From IMG/VR virus record IMGVR_UViG_3300028274_000006, positions 1 to 64,000 of that record: a DNA stretch of 64,000 nucleotides, one strand, 5' to 3'. The translations under genes and the position numbers were made by a program. Source of the stretch: a virus. The notes under the pieces were generated by a model. It ran no database searches and had not been told where the DNA came from. It saw nothing but the letters and a program-made list of their open reading frames with translations. Below, piece after piece: positions 47,474 to 57,959 of the stretch. Each line of letters starts with the position of its first letter. Within the stretch, counting starts at the first letter, position 1.

Positions 47474-48866
47474 CTGTATTATATCAACCTATAACAGAGC
47501 AGATCATTTTTTGCCAAAGGCAATAGACTCAGTTTTGTCTCAGACGTTTAGCGACTGGGAATTGGTCATTGTAGACGACTCAAGCACAGACAATACCAAA
47601 AAAGTAGTAAACTCCTATCAAGACGACCGCATTAAATACCTCAAAACCGGCTCCAATTCTGGAAGTGATACTAAGCCTAAGAACATTGGTACTATAAAAT
47701 CAACTGGGGAGTATATTTGCTACTTAGATGACGATGTGCAGTACCGACCCAACCACTTTGAGCTATTAAGTAAAGAGTTGGACAAAGGCGAGGTAGATAT
47801 TGTGTATGGTGATATGTGGATTAAACCCAAAGAAGAACCAGGAATTGCTAGGGACTTTGATGCACAGTTCCTTATGCTTAGAAACTTCATAGACACTTCA
47901 GCAGCGATGATGAAACGTGAGTGTATGTTTGAGATTGGCGGTTGGGATGAGACTCTGCCAAAGTTTGTTGATTGGAATGTTTGGGTGAGAATGCTTAAAG
48001 CAGGATTTAAGTTTAAGAGAATTCACGAGTTTACCTTTGACTACTATATTCACGAAGATACCAAATCTCAGAGGGTTAGGACTGAGATGTACCTACATCC
48101 AAAGCTAGGGATGTTGTTTGTTCCCACTTTTAGTCCAAGTGGATGCTATATACGGCTGCCCTATTTGAACAAAGACGACTCCGTTATTAGGGTAGCCATA
48201 TTTACCATTCACTACAACAGATTGGATTACTCTAAGCAGTCTTACTTTGAGATGGAGGAAACAGCGGGGTATAAGTTTGATTGGTTTTGTAGAGACAACG
48301 GAGATGATGGAACTATTAAATGGTTAAAAAATGAGACTAACGCTATCTTAGATGCTAAGAAGCCGACTAAGAATCTAGGAATCACTAAATCCAGCAATAA
48401 GCTAATAGATCTCATACAAGCTACCGATGATTATGACATTATTATAAAAGTGGATAACGACGTTGAGTTCCAGACTTACGGATGGTTGAAGGATATTGTG
48501 GATATGTGGAAAAGAAACCACATGATCTATATTTCCCCCTACGTTGAGGGATTAAAAGATAACCCAGGTGGAGCTAGAAGAATAGGATTTGGGATGGTCG
48601 GAGATGAATACATAGAAGTAACCAATCACATCGGTGGTATCTTTGCTGCCATTGATGCTAGAGCTTACAACGAGTTCAGGTGGTCAGATGAAATGTTACA
48701 TGGGAATCAAGACGCAGAGGCAAGTATGGCTTTTAGGAAATTAAACTATATGCCCTGCTACTACCCAAAACACAGGATAACTCACCGAGACGGAACTGAG
48801 GGTCAGCACAAGAAGTACAAAGAATACTTTGAAAAGAGGAAAGATGAAAAGACAACAAAAGCTTGA
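47460..48866 (+). CDS. Two-domain family 2 glycosyltransferase
   Basis: Homolog of 13164-14573. Confidence 0.9.
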   Translation: MPKISCIISTYNRADHFLPKAIDSVLSQTFSDWELVIVDDSSTDNTKKVVNSYQDDRIKYLKTGSNSGSDTKPKNIGTIKSTGEYICYLDDDVQYRPNHFELLSKELDKGEVDIVYGDMWIKPKEEPGIARDFDAQFLMLRNFIDTSAAMMKRECMFEIGGWDETLPKFVDWNVWVRMLKAGFKFKRIHEFTFDYYIHEDTKSQRVRTEMYLHPKLGMLFVPTFSPSGCYIRLPYLNKDDSVIRVAIFTIHYNRLDYSKQSYFEMEETAGYKFDWFCRDNGDDGTIKWLKNETNAILDAKKPTKNLGITKSSNKLIDLIQATDDYDIIIKVDNDVEFQTYGWLKDIVDMWKRNHMIYISPYVEGLKDNPGGARRIGFGMVGDEYIEVTNHIGGIFAAIDARAYNEFRWSDEMLHGNQDAEASMAFRKLNYMPCYYPKHRITHRDGTEGQHKKYKEYFEKRKDEKTTKA

Positions 48867-49056
48867 TTACCTCAAAGGTTTTCACCCAGATGGAGAATTG
48901 GTTAAAGAAAAGTTTGACGATGGAAAAGAATATTTTAGATATAAAGCAGAAAAACTAAAGAAATGGGATCCCATAGGAGCAGACGAAGATTGTTGTCTGG
49001 ATGATGCGGTTCTATTTACTAAAACGTTCTTAAATGAAAAAACACAAAGAGGATAA
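48829..49056 (+). CDS. Hypothetical protein
   Basis: 75-aa ORF in the cassette. Confidence 0.45.
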   Translation: MKRGKMKRQQKLDYLKGFHPDGELVKEKFDDGKEYFRYKAEKLKKWDPIGADEDCCLDDAVLFTKTFLNEKTQRG

Positions 49057-49552
49057 ATATCAATCTAGATATTTAGCTCACCAGCTAAAAAAGAAGGAAG
49101 TTCTTAAGAGGATTATAGAGGAGCGTCACTCCACCAGAGAGTTCTCAGGGGAAGAGATAGATATTGAAACCATTGAGTCTATCTTAAATAGTATTGAACA
49201 TTGCCCTTCTAGTTGTGATAGACAGGCTATTAGCATCACCTTAATAGAAGATAGAGACTATAAAGACTTATTAGGAGGACTATTAGTTGGTGGAACAGGA
49301 TGGATACACAGAGCAGATAAGATTCTTTTAATATTTGCCAATGCCGATGCTTACAAAGAGAAGTTGGTATTTATGCCCTTCTTAGATGCTGGGGTGGTTA
49401 TCTATCACCTCTACTTAATGGCTGAATACTTTGACCTCAAGGCTTGCTACGTTAATCCGAATATAAGAATCCACAACCTCGCTGAGTTTCAGATAATGTT
49501 CGGTGATGGGATCTTTTGTGGAGCTATGGCGTTAGGATATGAAAAGAAATAA
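49034..49552 (+). CDS. Nitroreductase-family flavoprotein
   Basis: RHSTREF, CPSSCDRQ, DAG, ALGY. Confidence 0.85.
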   Translation: MKKHKEDKYQSRYLAHQLKKKEVLKRIIEERHSTREFSGEEIDIETIESILNSIEHCPSSCDRQAISITLIEDRDYKDLLGGLLVGGTGWIHRADKILLIFANADAYKEKLVFMPFLDAGVVIYHLYLMAEYFDLKACYVNPNIRIHNLAEFQIMFGDGIFCGAMALGYEKK

Positions 49553-50225
49553 ATTAGTAGCAATCATGGGATGGCGTTATGAGCCTGAGTGGATGGTTCG
49601 GGAAATGCACCACAACTTACTTCCCTGGGTTGATGACTTTGCAGTCTTAGACGATAGGGGCAGGAAAGACCTATGGAGACATGAGGGTGAATACCGAAGA
49701 AAGCTGAGATCAAAGGCTAGAAAGATGAAGGCAGATTGGGTTCTGGTCACCTCACCAGACGAGAGATGGGAGAAGAACGCAGGAGAGGTCATTAGACCCC
49801 TAATAGATGACAACAAAAGGAAAGTAATATATCAGTTTAATCTCAAGGAAATGTGGGATCCGTACCATTACCGAGTAGATGGTATCTGGGGTAGGAAAGT
49901 ACGCAGAAGGCTTTATCCTCTACTACCTAATCAGAAGATGGCTTATCAATCTATCCAATGCCCCAGTTTCCCACAGAACGAGGACTATAAAGTAGAGCAC
50001 GTTGATGTTAATATCTATCATCTCAAGATGATGTCTAGAGAGAATAGGAGAATGAGGGCTAAAGTATTTAAGAAGCTAGATGAGGATAATAAGTTTCAAG
50101 GGATAGGATATGACTATTTAGCAGACGAGAGAGGGGTAGAGCTAGAAGCAGTCCTAAAAGACAGAGAGTTCTTTCCCAAGGTAACACAAGAATATAAGTT
50201 TGAAGTACCAGAGCATTTATTATGA
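49539..50225 (+). CDS. GT-A fold glycosyltransferase-like protein
   Basis: VLDD, ADWVLVTSPDERW, IYHL. Confidence 0.65.
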   Translation: MKRNKLVAIMGWRYEPEWMVREMHHNLLPWVDDFAVLDDRGRKDLWRHEGEYRRKLRSKARKMKADWVLVTSPDERWEKNAGEVIRPLIDDNKRKVIYQFNLKEMWDPYHYRVDGIWGRKVRRRLYPLLPNQKMAYQSIQCPSFPQNEDYKVEHVDVNIYHLKMMSRENRRMRAKVFKKLDEDNKFQGIGYDYLADERGVELEAVLKDREFFPKVTQEYKFEVPEHLL

Positions 50226-51046
50226 CATTCTTACTAACAGCTCACTTTGCTGACTTGTTCAGGGGAACGGAGAGGTTTAACTATATCTTAGCTAAGTACC
50301 TTAGCAATGAGGGTCACGACGTTTATTTCTTCAGTCACAAGCATGGGGGGTTCTCTAAGTCTATAGCGGAGTACGCTACTATCTTGGAAGAGCCTGGAAT
50401 AATGGAGTTTGACCAAATTATATCTTCTCACAATGTCTGCTATAAAGATGTGATGCACTTGAGCAAGAATAGGTTGTTTATTTGTCACGGCATACTTAGC
50501 AACTTAGATGTTCCACCTGGAGATTGCCCTTCAGTAGCCGTATCGGAAGAGGCGATGATTGAGTACGGATGTGATGGGGTGATGAAGAACCCTGTGGACA
50601 TGGACTTCTTTTACCCCGAGGAGAAGAGGGGGGACACCATCGTTTACCTAGACTCCAACCCCACAGAGATAATGCTTAAAATCCTAGAAAAGAATAATGA
50701 GAATTATGAGGTTGTTGGTGCGGGAGGTAAAGATGAGGATATATCTAAGAAGGTTAGAAGTGCCCGCATGGTAATAGCAGGAGCAAGAGGAGCATTGGAG
50801 GCTATGGCTTGTAAGGTTCCAGTGTTGGTTTATAAGAGCACAGGCTTTGATGGATATTGTGGAGAGTATTGGGAGCTACAGAAAAACAACTTCTCTGGTA
50901 GACGCTACTCCAAAGACCTAACATTAGACACCTTTAGATATGAGATGGCTAAGATCAACGATGAGGACACAGAGGATTGTTATGAGTATGTTAAAGATCA
51001 GCACGACATTAAGAGTATTATGTACAGACTGAGGCAATATTTATGA
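50222..51046 (+). CDS. Family 4-like glycosyltransferase
   Basis: GTE, HG, AVSEE, NPVD, RGALEAMACKVPV. Confidence 0.8.
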   Translation: MTFLLTAHFADLFRGTERFNYILAKYLSNEGHDVYFFSHKHGGFSKSIAEYATILEEPGIMEFDQIISSHNVCYKDVMHLSKNRLFICHGILSNLDVPPGDCPSVAVSEEAMIEYGCDGVMKNPVDMDFFYPEEKRGDTIVYLDSNPTEIMLKILEKNNENYEVVGAGGKDEDISKKVRSARMVIAGARGALEAMACKVPVLVYKSTGFDGYCGEYWELQKNNFSGRRYSKDLTLDTFRYEMAKINDEDTEDCYEYVKDQHDIKSIMYRLRQYL

Positions 51047-51894
51047 AAATATTATTAACTGGTTCAGAGGGATTTATTGGCTCACATCTTAAAAATAGAT
51101 TAGAGAGCGAAGGTCATTTAACACACTGTATTGATAGGAAGTTAGGAAGTGATTTAATAGATCCAGGAACGATTAAAGATTACTTAGACGTTAAGGTGGA
51201 TTATATAGTTCACTTAGCTGGTGACTGTTCTACCCCCAAGAGCCTGAAAGACCCAGCTACATCGTTTAAGGATAATTTGTTAGCTACATTCAATGTTTGT
51301 CAGTTAGCGGGTAAGAATAAGATCCCACTTCTGTTTACCTCCACCTGTAAGACAGAGCCAGGACCAGACGGCTCTAGAACACCCTATGGAACAGCCAAGT
51401 TATGTGCAGAGGAATGGGTTAAAGAGTATAAGTTCTCTTACGACGTACCAATCATTATTAACAAACCAGGAACCATCTATGGACCAGGACAAGATGCTTC
51501 ACCTGAGTCTGGGTGGCTGAGTTGGTTTATAGAAGCCAGTATGACCGATCAGGAGATTACTATTTACGGAGATGGTAATCAGAGCAGAGATGTGCTCTAT
51601 ATCTCTGACTACATTGACCTACTGATGGATCAACTCAACAACTTTGATAAGTATGAGGGTAAGACCTACGGCGTCGGTGGAGGAAAGAAGAACGAGATCA
51701 GCCTACTAAGGGCATTAGAGTTACTTGAGTACAAAAATTATACATTTACTAACCCAAGGAAGGGAGATGTGACGAGGTTTGTTTCAGACAATTTTTACGT
51801 AGAATCGGTAAATGGGTGGAGACCAAAAGTATCATATTTAGAAGGGATAACTAGAACAAAGGAGTACTATGAGAATCTTAATAACGGGAGCTAG
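51043..51894 (+). CDS. NAD-dependent epimerase (CDP-paratose 2-epimerase-like)
   Basis: TGSEGFIG, YGTAK, YGDGNQSRDVLY, GGGKKNEISL. Confidence 0.85.
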   Translation: MKILLTGSEGFIGSHLKNRLESEGHLTHCIDRKLGSDLIDPGTIKDYLDVKVDYIVHLAGDCSTPKSLKDPATSFKDNLLATFNVCQLAGKNKIPLLFTSTCKTEPGPDGSRTPYGTAKLCAEEWVKEYKFSYDVPIIINKPGTIYGPGQDASPESGWLSWFIEASMTDQEITIYGDGNQSRDVLYISDYIDLLMDQLNNFDKYEGKTYGVGGGKKNEISLLRALELLEYKNYTFTNPRKGDVTRFVSDNFYVESVNGWRPKVSYLEGITRTKEYYENLNNGS

Positions 51895-52753
51895 TGGCTT
51901 CATCGGCAGTCATACAGTAGACGAGGCTAGGAGCCGTGGTCTTGAGGTAGTTTCCTTTGATAGAGCGGTGGGGGAGACTGAGAGAGGCAGGGGAGAGGTG
52001 TTTTTAGGTGATATTACCGACTACCATGCAGTAAGAGAAGCAGTTAATCACGCAGATTATGCAATAAATCTTGCAGGAATACTTGGTACTCAAGAAACCA
52101 TAAATGACCCCATACCAAGCATCCAGGTGAACACCATTGGAGCACTAAACTTCTTTAAGGCTTGTATTCCAACAAAATTCCACCAGGTTAAAGCAGTACA
52201 GATCGGGGTGGGTAACTACTGGATGAACAACTCATACTCTATAAGTAAGAACTCAGCGGTTAGGTTTTCTCAGATGTACAATAAGGAACACGGGACTAAG
52301 ATTGCAGCAGTCAGAGCATTGAATGCCTATGGTCCTGGTCAGAAGACCAAGCCAGTCCGTAAGATTATTCCCACATTCATAATGAGAGCCTTGAGGAATG
52401 AAGATATAGAAATATATGGAGATGGTGAACAAGTAATGGATATGATTTATGTTAAAGACCTAGCTAGAATCTTAGTAGATGCTGCTGTGTTAGATCATGG
52501 CAACTACACCACTCCATTTGAGGCTGGTACTAGCAGACATACTACTGTGAACTGGATTGCCGAGAAGGTGATTGAGGCATCAGGGAGCAAGTCTAAGGTA
52601 GTTCATTCGCCAATGAGACCAGGTGAGGATAGGGGAGCTGTAGTGGTAGCTGATCCAGAGACACTAGAACCACTTGGATATCAAGACATGGCTTTATTTG
52701 AGGATAAGATTGTAGACACTATTAAGTGGTATAAGGAAAACCATGAGGTTTAG
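51869..52753 (+). CDS. NAD-dependent epimerase/dehydratase
   Basis: TGASGFIG, YSISK, NAYGPGQ. Confidence 0.9.
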   Translation: MRILITGASGFIGSHTVDEARSRGLEVVSFDRAVGETERGRGEVFLGDITDYHAVREAVNHADYAINLAGILGTQETINDPIPSIQVNTIGALNFFKACIPTKFHQVKAVQIGVGNYWMNNSYSISKNSAVRFSQMYNKEHGTKIAAVRALNAYGPGQKTKPVRKIIPTFIMRALRNEDIEIYGDGEQVMDMIYVKDLARILVDAAVLDHGNYTTPFEAGTSRHTTVNWIAEKVIEASGSKSKVVHSPMRPGEDRGAVVVADPETLEPLGYQDMALFEDKIVDTIKWYKENHEV

Positions 52754-53441
52754 TGTTATTACTAGCTGTTATAACCAGTTAGAACAAATTAAAAAGACTA
52801 GGGAGTATCTGAATAAACAGACCTTTATAGACTTTGAGTGGATTCTAGCTGATGACGGCTCTAGTGATGGCACTGATAGGTGGGCTAAGAGAAACACTGA
52901 TAAATATGTATGGCAACATGACGTAGGTTATAGATTAACTAAGATCCTTAACAAAGCCGCTGCGGTAGCTGAAGGAGAATACTTAGTCTGGATAATGGGG
53001 GACTCTTATCCTAAAGAAGACTTTTTAGAGAAGGTGAGTGAATACATAACTTCATCTATGGTTGCTACAGGAGTAAGGGTTAATGTAAAAGATGGTGGGG
53101 CGGTATCGTTTGACTGGAGAGTTAGTGATGTTGATTTAACAGGTGTGAATTGTATCAGAGTAAAGGGCAAATCTCCTTGGAAACTAATGACTCTTAACTC
53201 AATGATAATGCCTAGAAGTGTTTATAAGAGGATGGGCGGTATTTACTCTGGTTATGATGAGGGATACGGAAGAATGGATTGGGACATGGCTGCATGGGCT
53301 CATTACTGCGGATATGAGCTAACCTGGATTCCACAGGCTATAATCTACCACGAGGATCACGAAGGAAAGAAGGATACAGTTAATAATGTAGACCTATTTA
53401 ATAAAAGACTAAAGGAGTTTCAAGATGCTACTCTATGCTGA
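52743..53441 (+). CDS. Family 2 glycosyltransferase
   Basis: ADDGSSDGT, GYGRMD. Confidence 0.85.
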   Translation: MRFSVITSCYNQLEQIKKTREYLNKQTFIDFEWILADDGSSDGTDRWAKRNTDKYVWQHDVGYRLTKILNKAAAVAEGEYLVWIMGDSYPKEDFLEKVSEYITSSMVATGVRVNVKDGGAVSFDWRVSDVDLTGVNCIRVKGKSPWKLMTLNSMIMPRSVYKRMGGIYSGYDEGYGRMDWDMAAWAHYCGYELTWIPQAIIYHEDHEGKKDTVNNVDLFNKRLKEFQDATLC

Positions 53442-54552
53442 GGCTACATTTGGAGAAGAAGAACAAGACGCTGTTCTAGATGTATTTACTAATGGTTGGT
53501 TAAGTGGTGGTAAAAAGACTAGCGAGTTTGAAGAGAAGCTAGCTAAGTGGTGGGGGGTTAAGTACGCAGTAGCAGTGAACTCTGGATCTAGTGCTAACTT
53601 TGTAGCCACTCAAGCTCTTGATCTGCCAAAGGGAAGTGAAGTACTAACAATGGCTCTCTCTTTCCCAACTACGGTAAGCCCCATTCTTTACATGGGATTA
53701 AAACCTGTTTACTTAGATTGTGATCTCCCTTCATATACAGTGAAGTTGGATGATAGTGCAGTAACAAAGGACACTAAGGCGTTGATCTTTGCTCATACTC
53801 TAGGAAATATAGTTAATATGGATGAGGTGATGTCATTTGTAAAGAAGCATGACCTTAAACTACTTGAGGACTGCTGTGATGCTATGGGTGGTAATTGGAA
53901 GGGAAAGCCAGTTGGAACATTCGGAGATATGGCTACAGTATCATTCTACCCAGCACACCACATGACTACCTTTGGAGAGGGTGGAGCTATCTTAACTAAC
54001 GACTATACCCTATACAACGCTTGTAGGAGCATTAGGGACTGGGGCAAGGCTTGTGTTTGCAAGTTTGCAGAACATGGATGTAAGGCTAGATTTGCTAACC
54101 CTCCCTACGATCATAGATACTTTTATACCAGACTAGGATTAAACTTTAAGATGACTGAGGCTAGTGCAGCCTTTGGTACAGTTCAGCTAGATAGAATAGA
54201 TGATTTTGTTAGAAGTAGAAAAATTAACTTTGACTACCTATATCACGCCCTAAAAGATGTGGCTATAGTTACCACTCCGATAGAAGGAGCAGACCCATCT
54301 TGGTTTGCTTTCCCCATCTATCACCCAAATAAGCTAAGGGCGACTGAATACCTTGAGAAACATGGAGTACAAACCAGGTCTTTGTTTTCAGGAAACATCC
54401 TTAAACACCCAGCCTATAAAGGATCAGGGAGATCAGTGCCAGTACCTAACTCAGATAAGGTGTTAGACAACGTGTTCTTTGTGGGAGTTGGTCCAAAACT
54501 AACAATAGATGATTTAGATTACATGATAAAAAGGATTAAAGAAACTCTATGA
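53425..54552 (+). CDS. rfbH: DegT family, RfbH/DdhC-like NDP-4-keto-6-deoxyglucose 3-dehydrase
   Basis: NSGSSAN, EDCCDA, SFYPAHH (His in place of Schiff-base Lys), RDWG..CVC. Confidence 0.8.
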   Translation: MLLYAEATFGEEEQDAVLDVFTNGWLSGGKKTSEFEEKLAKWWGVKYAVAVNSGSSANFVATQALDLPKGSEVLTMALSFPTTVSPILYMGLKPVYLDCDLPSYTVKLDDSAVTKDTKALIFAHTLGNIVNMDEVMSFVKKHDLKLLEDCCDAMGGNWKGKPVGTFGDMATVSFYPAHHMTTFGEGGAILTNDYTLYNACRSIRDWGKACVCKFAEHGCKARFANPPYDHRYFYTRLGLNFKMTEASAAFGTVQLDRIDDFVRSRKINFDYLYHALKDVAIVTTPIEGADPSWFAFPIYHPNKLRATEYLEKHGVQTRSLFSGNILKHPAYKGSGRSVPVPNSDKVLDNVFFVGVGPKLTIDDLDYMIKRIKETL

Positions 54553-55253
54553 AGGTCTCTATAGTCACTGGATCATATAACGCAGTAGACATACACCCCA
54601 AGATGTATAAGGCATTCCTTGAGCAGGAAGAGTTAATCCACGAATGGATTATTTGTGATGATGGATCAACTGATGGATCTATTGATCTTCTAATGGAGTA
54701 CAGTAAACATCCTAAGATTAGTGCTTATTGGCAGTCAAATAATGGGATTAGGCTTTCAGCTTCCCTCAACAATGGGCTTAGAAGAGCTACTGGCGATGTT
54801 CTTTTTATTTTAATGGGAGATACATACTTAAGACCTAACACCATGGAGATGGTACACGAGAATTATATTAGGGGAACTGCTGGATGCGGACTAAAGGTAA
54901 ACGTAGATGAAAACGAGAAGTTTCATTCTTTTGATTGGAGATATGTAAGAGAGTACTTGGGTAAAAATGTTCATATTGATGATGATGATGCTTACTCTTT
55001 TCTTACTGGAAATATTATGTTGGTGGAGAAAAAACACATGGAAAAGGCTGGTTGGTATAATGAGGATTACTGTAACGGATATGGTAAGGATGACTGGAGT
55101 GTCTTTTTAAGACTGTGGTCTATTAATGTTCCTCTGTATCAGTATAATGGTATACAGGCAAACCATCGTTGGCATGGTGAGGGAGGAGCAGATTGTGAAA
55201 AAAATACCAAATTATTCAAGGAGGAATATGAAAATATCATGCGACTACGATGA
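54549..55253 (+). CDS. Family 2 glycosyltransferase
   Basis: CDDGSTDGS, GYGKDD. Confidence 0.85.
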   Translation: MKVSIVTGSYNAVDIHPKMYKAFLEQEELIHEWIICDDGSTDGSIDLLMEYSKHPKISAYWQSNNGIRLSASLNNGLRRATGDVLFILMGDTYLRPNTMEMVHENYIRGTAGCGLKVNVDENEKFHSFDWRYVREYLGKNVHIDDDDAYSFLTGNIMLVEKKHMEKAGWYNEDYCNGYGKDDWSVFLRLWSINVPLYQYNGIQANHRWHGEGGADCEKNTKLFKEEYENIMRLR

Positions 55254-55821
55254 TTTCAGTCCCATGAACCACAGATTTGATATCTTAGATAAGATTAGGG
55301 AGAGATACCCAGATTTTAAGGTAACCATGTTTACCGTTCCCTGGGAGATAAGACTTTCTCCCAGCACTAAGGGAACTCCTATTACTCACGATAGATATAA
55401 GCCCTGGGTAGATAAAGTAATAGAGGCGGTAGACGAGGGTTGGATGGATATTTCCCTTCATGGACTTACTCACGCTCCAAGAGAAATGGAGAACTTAACC
55501 TATCAAGAAGTGAAGAATCGTATTCTTACAGGACAAAAGATGTTTGAGAATGTAGGGATTAAGATTAATGATTTATTCAAAGCTCCTCAATGGCTTATTA
55601 GTGAGGATGGCAAAAAAGCTGTAGAGGACTTAGGACTCAAGCTGATGGAAGATCATTATTACAACTGGAACCTCAAGGATGATAAACCAAAGAAGAAGAA
55701 AAAACTGATAGCCCATGGTCATGTTCAAGACGTGATGGGAAACGGCTTAGATGAGTCTTTTTTCAGGCTAAGTAAAACCCCCACCGATGCAGAGTGGCTA
55801 CATCTAAAGGAGATGATATGA
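55228..55821 (+). CDS. Polysaccharide deacetylase-like protein
   Basis: Homolog of 16090-16680. Confidence 0.8.
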   Translation: MKISCDYDDFSPMNHRFDILDKIRERYPDFKVTMFTVPWEIRLSPSTKGTPITHDRYKPWVDKVIEAVDEGWMDISLHGLTHAPREMENLTYQEVKNRILTGQKMFENVGIKINDLFKAPQWLISEDGKKAVEDLGLKLMEDHYYNWNLKDDKPKKKKKLIAHGHVQDVMGNGLDESFFRLSKTPTDAEWLHLKEMI

Positions 55822-55853
55822 AAATAATAGCTTTCAGTAATGATATGTGTTAA
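55818..55853 (+). pseudogene. Stranded 5' end of the GT4 gene
   Basis: MKIIAFSNDMC*; matches the GT4 N-terminus MKIVAFSND. Confidence 0.7.
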
Positions 55854-55856
55854 TAT

Positions 55857-56393
55857 ATGAAAATGGCATACTTTGATAACAAAAAAGACGATCTGCTAGA
55901 TTTATATTTAAATCAGAATAAGGATGGCGTTGAAATAGCTAAGATTTATGGTGTTGGATACTCAACTGTTTATAGGGCACTAGAAGAATTTGGAGTTAAA
56001 CGAAACTTATCTAATAGAGGAAAATATTATAGAAACCAAGAGTGGATTAGTGAAATGAGAGAGAGGCTCCGTGGTAAAAAATATGAGCCTAAGTCTGAAG
56101 AGATTAGGGAGAATTATAAAAAAGGTGCTTTAAAAAGAATAAAAAACAACCCACACCAGTATTCTCTTGATAAAAACTATAAGAGTAAGTCAGGTTTAAA
56201 AAACGCAATGTTGGTTGTTTATGGAAAAGATAGGTGTTTTAAATGTGGTTGGGATGAATACTCAGATATTTTACAAGTCCACCACAAGGATATGAACCAT
56301 AAAAACAACACTTTAAGTAACTGTATTTGGCTTTGTCCTAATTGCCACTACTATATTCATTACTACGAAGGGATGGGAAAAGATGTCAATTAA
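55857..56393 (+). CDS. Free-standing HNH homing endonuclease with N-terminal HTH
   Basis: EIAKIYGVGYSTVYR; CFKC, LQVHHKD...N..WLCPNCH; absent from unit A. Confidence 0.85.
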   Translation: MKMAYFDNKKDDLLDLYLNQNKDGVEIAKIYGVGYSTVYRALEEFGVKRNLSNRGKYYRNQEWISEMRERLRGKKYEPKSEEIRENYKKGALKRIKNNPHQYSLDKNYKSKSGLKNAMLVVYGKDRCFKCGWDEYSDILQVHHKDMNHKNNTLSNCIWLCPNCHYYIHYYEGMGKDVN

Positions 56394-57402
56394 AATCGTG
56401 GCGTTTTCAAATGATACTGGTTCAGTTCAATGGAGATTAACTGGTCCTGCTAATTATATTAACTCACTCACAGAGCATGAATATGCTGTGGGTAGTCATA
56501 AGGATTGGGATAACGACACTATGGGAGCTGATGTTATAGTAGCCCAGATGTGGCGCAACCCCAAGGGGATTGATGTCTGTCACGAGCAGGGAGCTAAGGT
56601 AGTCTATGATGCTGACGATATTATCATTGGCGTAGGAGGAAAAGACCGCAAAACCCTTATGGATCTTAACGATGAACAAACAAAACAAACCATAGATACG
56701 ATTAAGAAGTGTGATTTGGTTACAGTTACCACTGAAAAAATAGCCGAACACTACAGACAGTTCAACGACAACGTGTTAGTGCTTCCTAACTACCTAGATT
56801 ACTTCTGGTGGGGAAAACCATTAGACGTTAGATCTAAAGGAAGTTTGAGGATTGGATGGGCTGGTAGTCTTTCTCATAGGGAAGATTTAATGATGATCTC
56901 GCCCATAATAGAGAAGATTTGCAAGCAGTTTGATTTTGTTAAGTTTGTTTATTGTGGTGCTGGAGGCAAATCTGGGCTATATGGGGAAGAAATATTTGAA
57001 AATATACCACCACACCAGAGAGAATATATTAGTGGAGTTCCCCTTGAATACTTCCCCGCTAAATCTAAGACACTTGGGTTTGATATAGCTATCGCGCCCT
57101 TATTAGACGATGAGTTTAACGCTGGTAAAAGTGCTATTAAATATTATGAGTATGCAGCTAATGGCGTACCTGGGGTCTACAGCGATACAGTGGTATATAA
57201 CAACGTTGTTAAACATGGTGAAACGGGCTATTTAGCAAAGACCAAGGGAGATTGGGAGAAGTATCTAACTGAGCTGATTATGGATGAGAAGAAACGCTTA
57301 GAGATTGCTAAAGAAGCATATAAGCACGTCTTTGAGAATTATAATTTAGACGACCACTATCCTAAGTGGGTGGAGGCATACGAAAAATGTCTGACGCAGT
57401 AG
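56383..57402 (+). CDS. Family 4 glycosyltransferase
   Basis: Homolog of 16677-17690. Confidence 0.88.
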   Translation: MSIKIVAFSNDTGSVQWRLTGPANYINSLTEHEYAVGSHKDWDNDTMGADVIVAQMWRNPKGIDVCHEQGAKVVYDADDIIIGVGGKDRKTLMDLNDEQTKQTIDTIKKCDLVTVTTEKIAEHYRQFNDNVLVLPNYLDYFWWGKPLDVRSKGSLRIGWAGSLSHREDLMMISPIIEKICKQFDFVKFVYCGAGGKSGLYGEEIFENIPPHQREYISGVPLEYFPAKSKTLGFDIAIAPLLDDEFNAGKSAIKYYEYAANGVPGVYSDTVVYNNVVKHGETGYLAKTKGDWEKYLTELIMDEKKRLEIAKEAYKHVFENYNLDDHYPKWVEAYEKCLTQ

Positions 57403-57926
57403 CAGTACCCGTTACACCATCTGAATCATCAGAAACAACATTCTCTCCAAGGAGTGAAGCTACATCTGGATCAATCGTTGAGACCAATAACATAGATGAG
57501 TTTAGTTCTCCTAGCGGACAGCCGTTTGTGGCTGATTACTTCGGTATAGATAGCTCTAACCCAGAGTTTATTGAGGTAATCTCCGATGTTAATAGTTGGT
57601 TGAGTGAATCTACTGACGGATCATTGGGGATGGCTCAGAATGAGTTAAAGACGCTGTTTGATGTGTTAAACCTCAAGGACACTGACTCAGGATTTCATAA
57701 CATTAATAGGGTTAGGGAGTTTATAGAGATTAAGAGAGAGCAGAATAGAATTAAAGAGATGCAGGAACAAGCTGAAAAAGATATTACAGAAGGTTTAACC
57801 GATGGCTATGAGATCAGAGCAGAACAGAAAAGAATTAACTCAGTAAAGGAAGAGATCAGTAAACGTCAAAACTTCATTAATAAGGCAAGAAAAAAAGTAC
57901 TTGCAGATATTAAGAAACTAGGGTAA
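57387..57926 (+). CDS. Hypothetical coiled-coil protein
   Basis: Homolog of 17675-18265. Confidence 0.7.
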   Translation: MSDAVAVPVTPSESSETTFSPRSEATSGSIVETNNIDEFSSPSGQPFVADYFGIDSSNPEFIEVISDVNSWLSESTDGSLGMAQNELKTLFDVLNLKDTDSGFHNINRVREFIEIKREQNRIKEMQEQAEKDITEGLTDGYEIRAEQKRINSVKEEISKRQNFINKARKKVLADIKKLG

Positions 57927-57959
57927 TATTATTCTGACGGAGCGGTCTCAGGACTGCTT

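Noticed and set aside
55845-56415. Group I intron in the GT4 gene
   Set aside because: The insert is almost entirely ORF, leaving no room for a ribozyme core, and the downstream gene has its own complete N-terminus.
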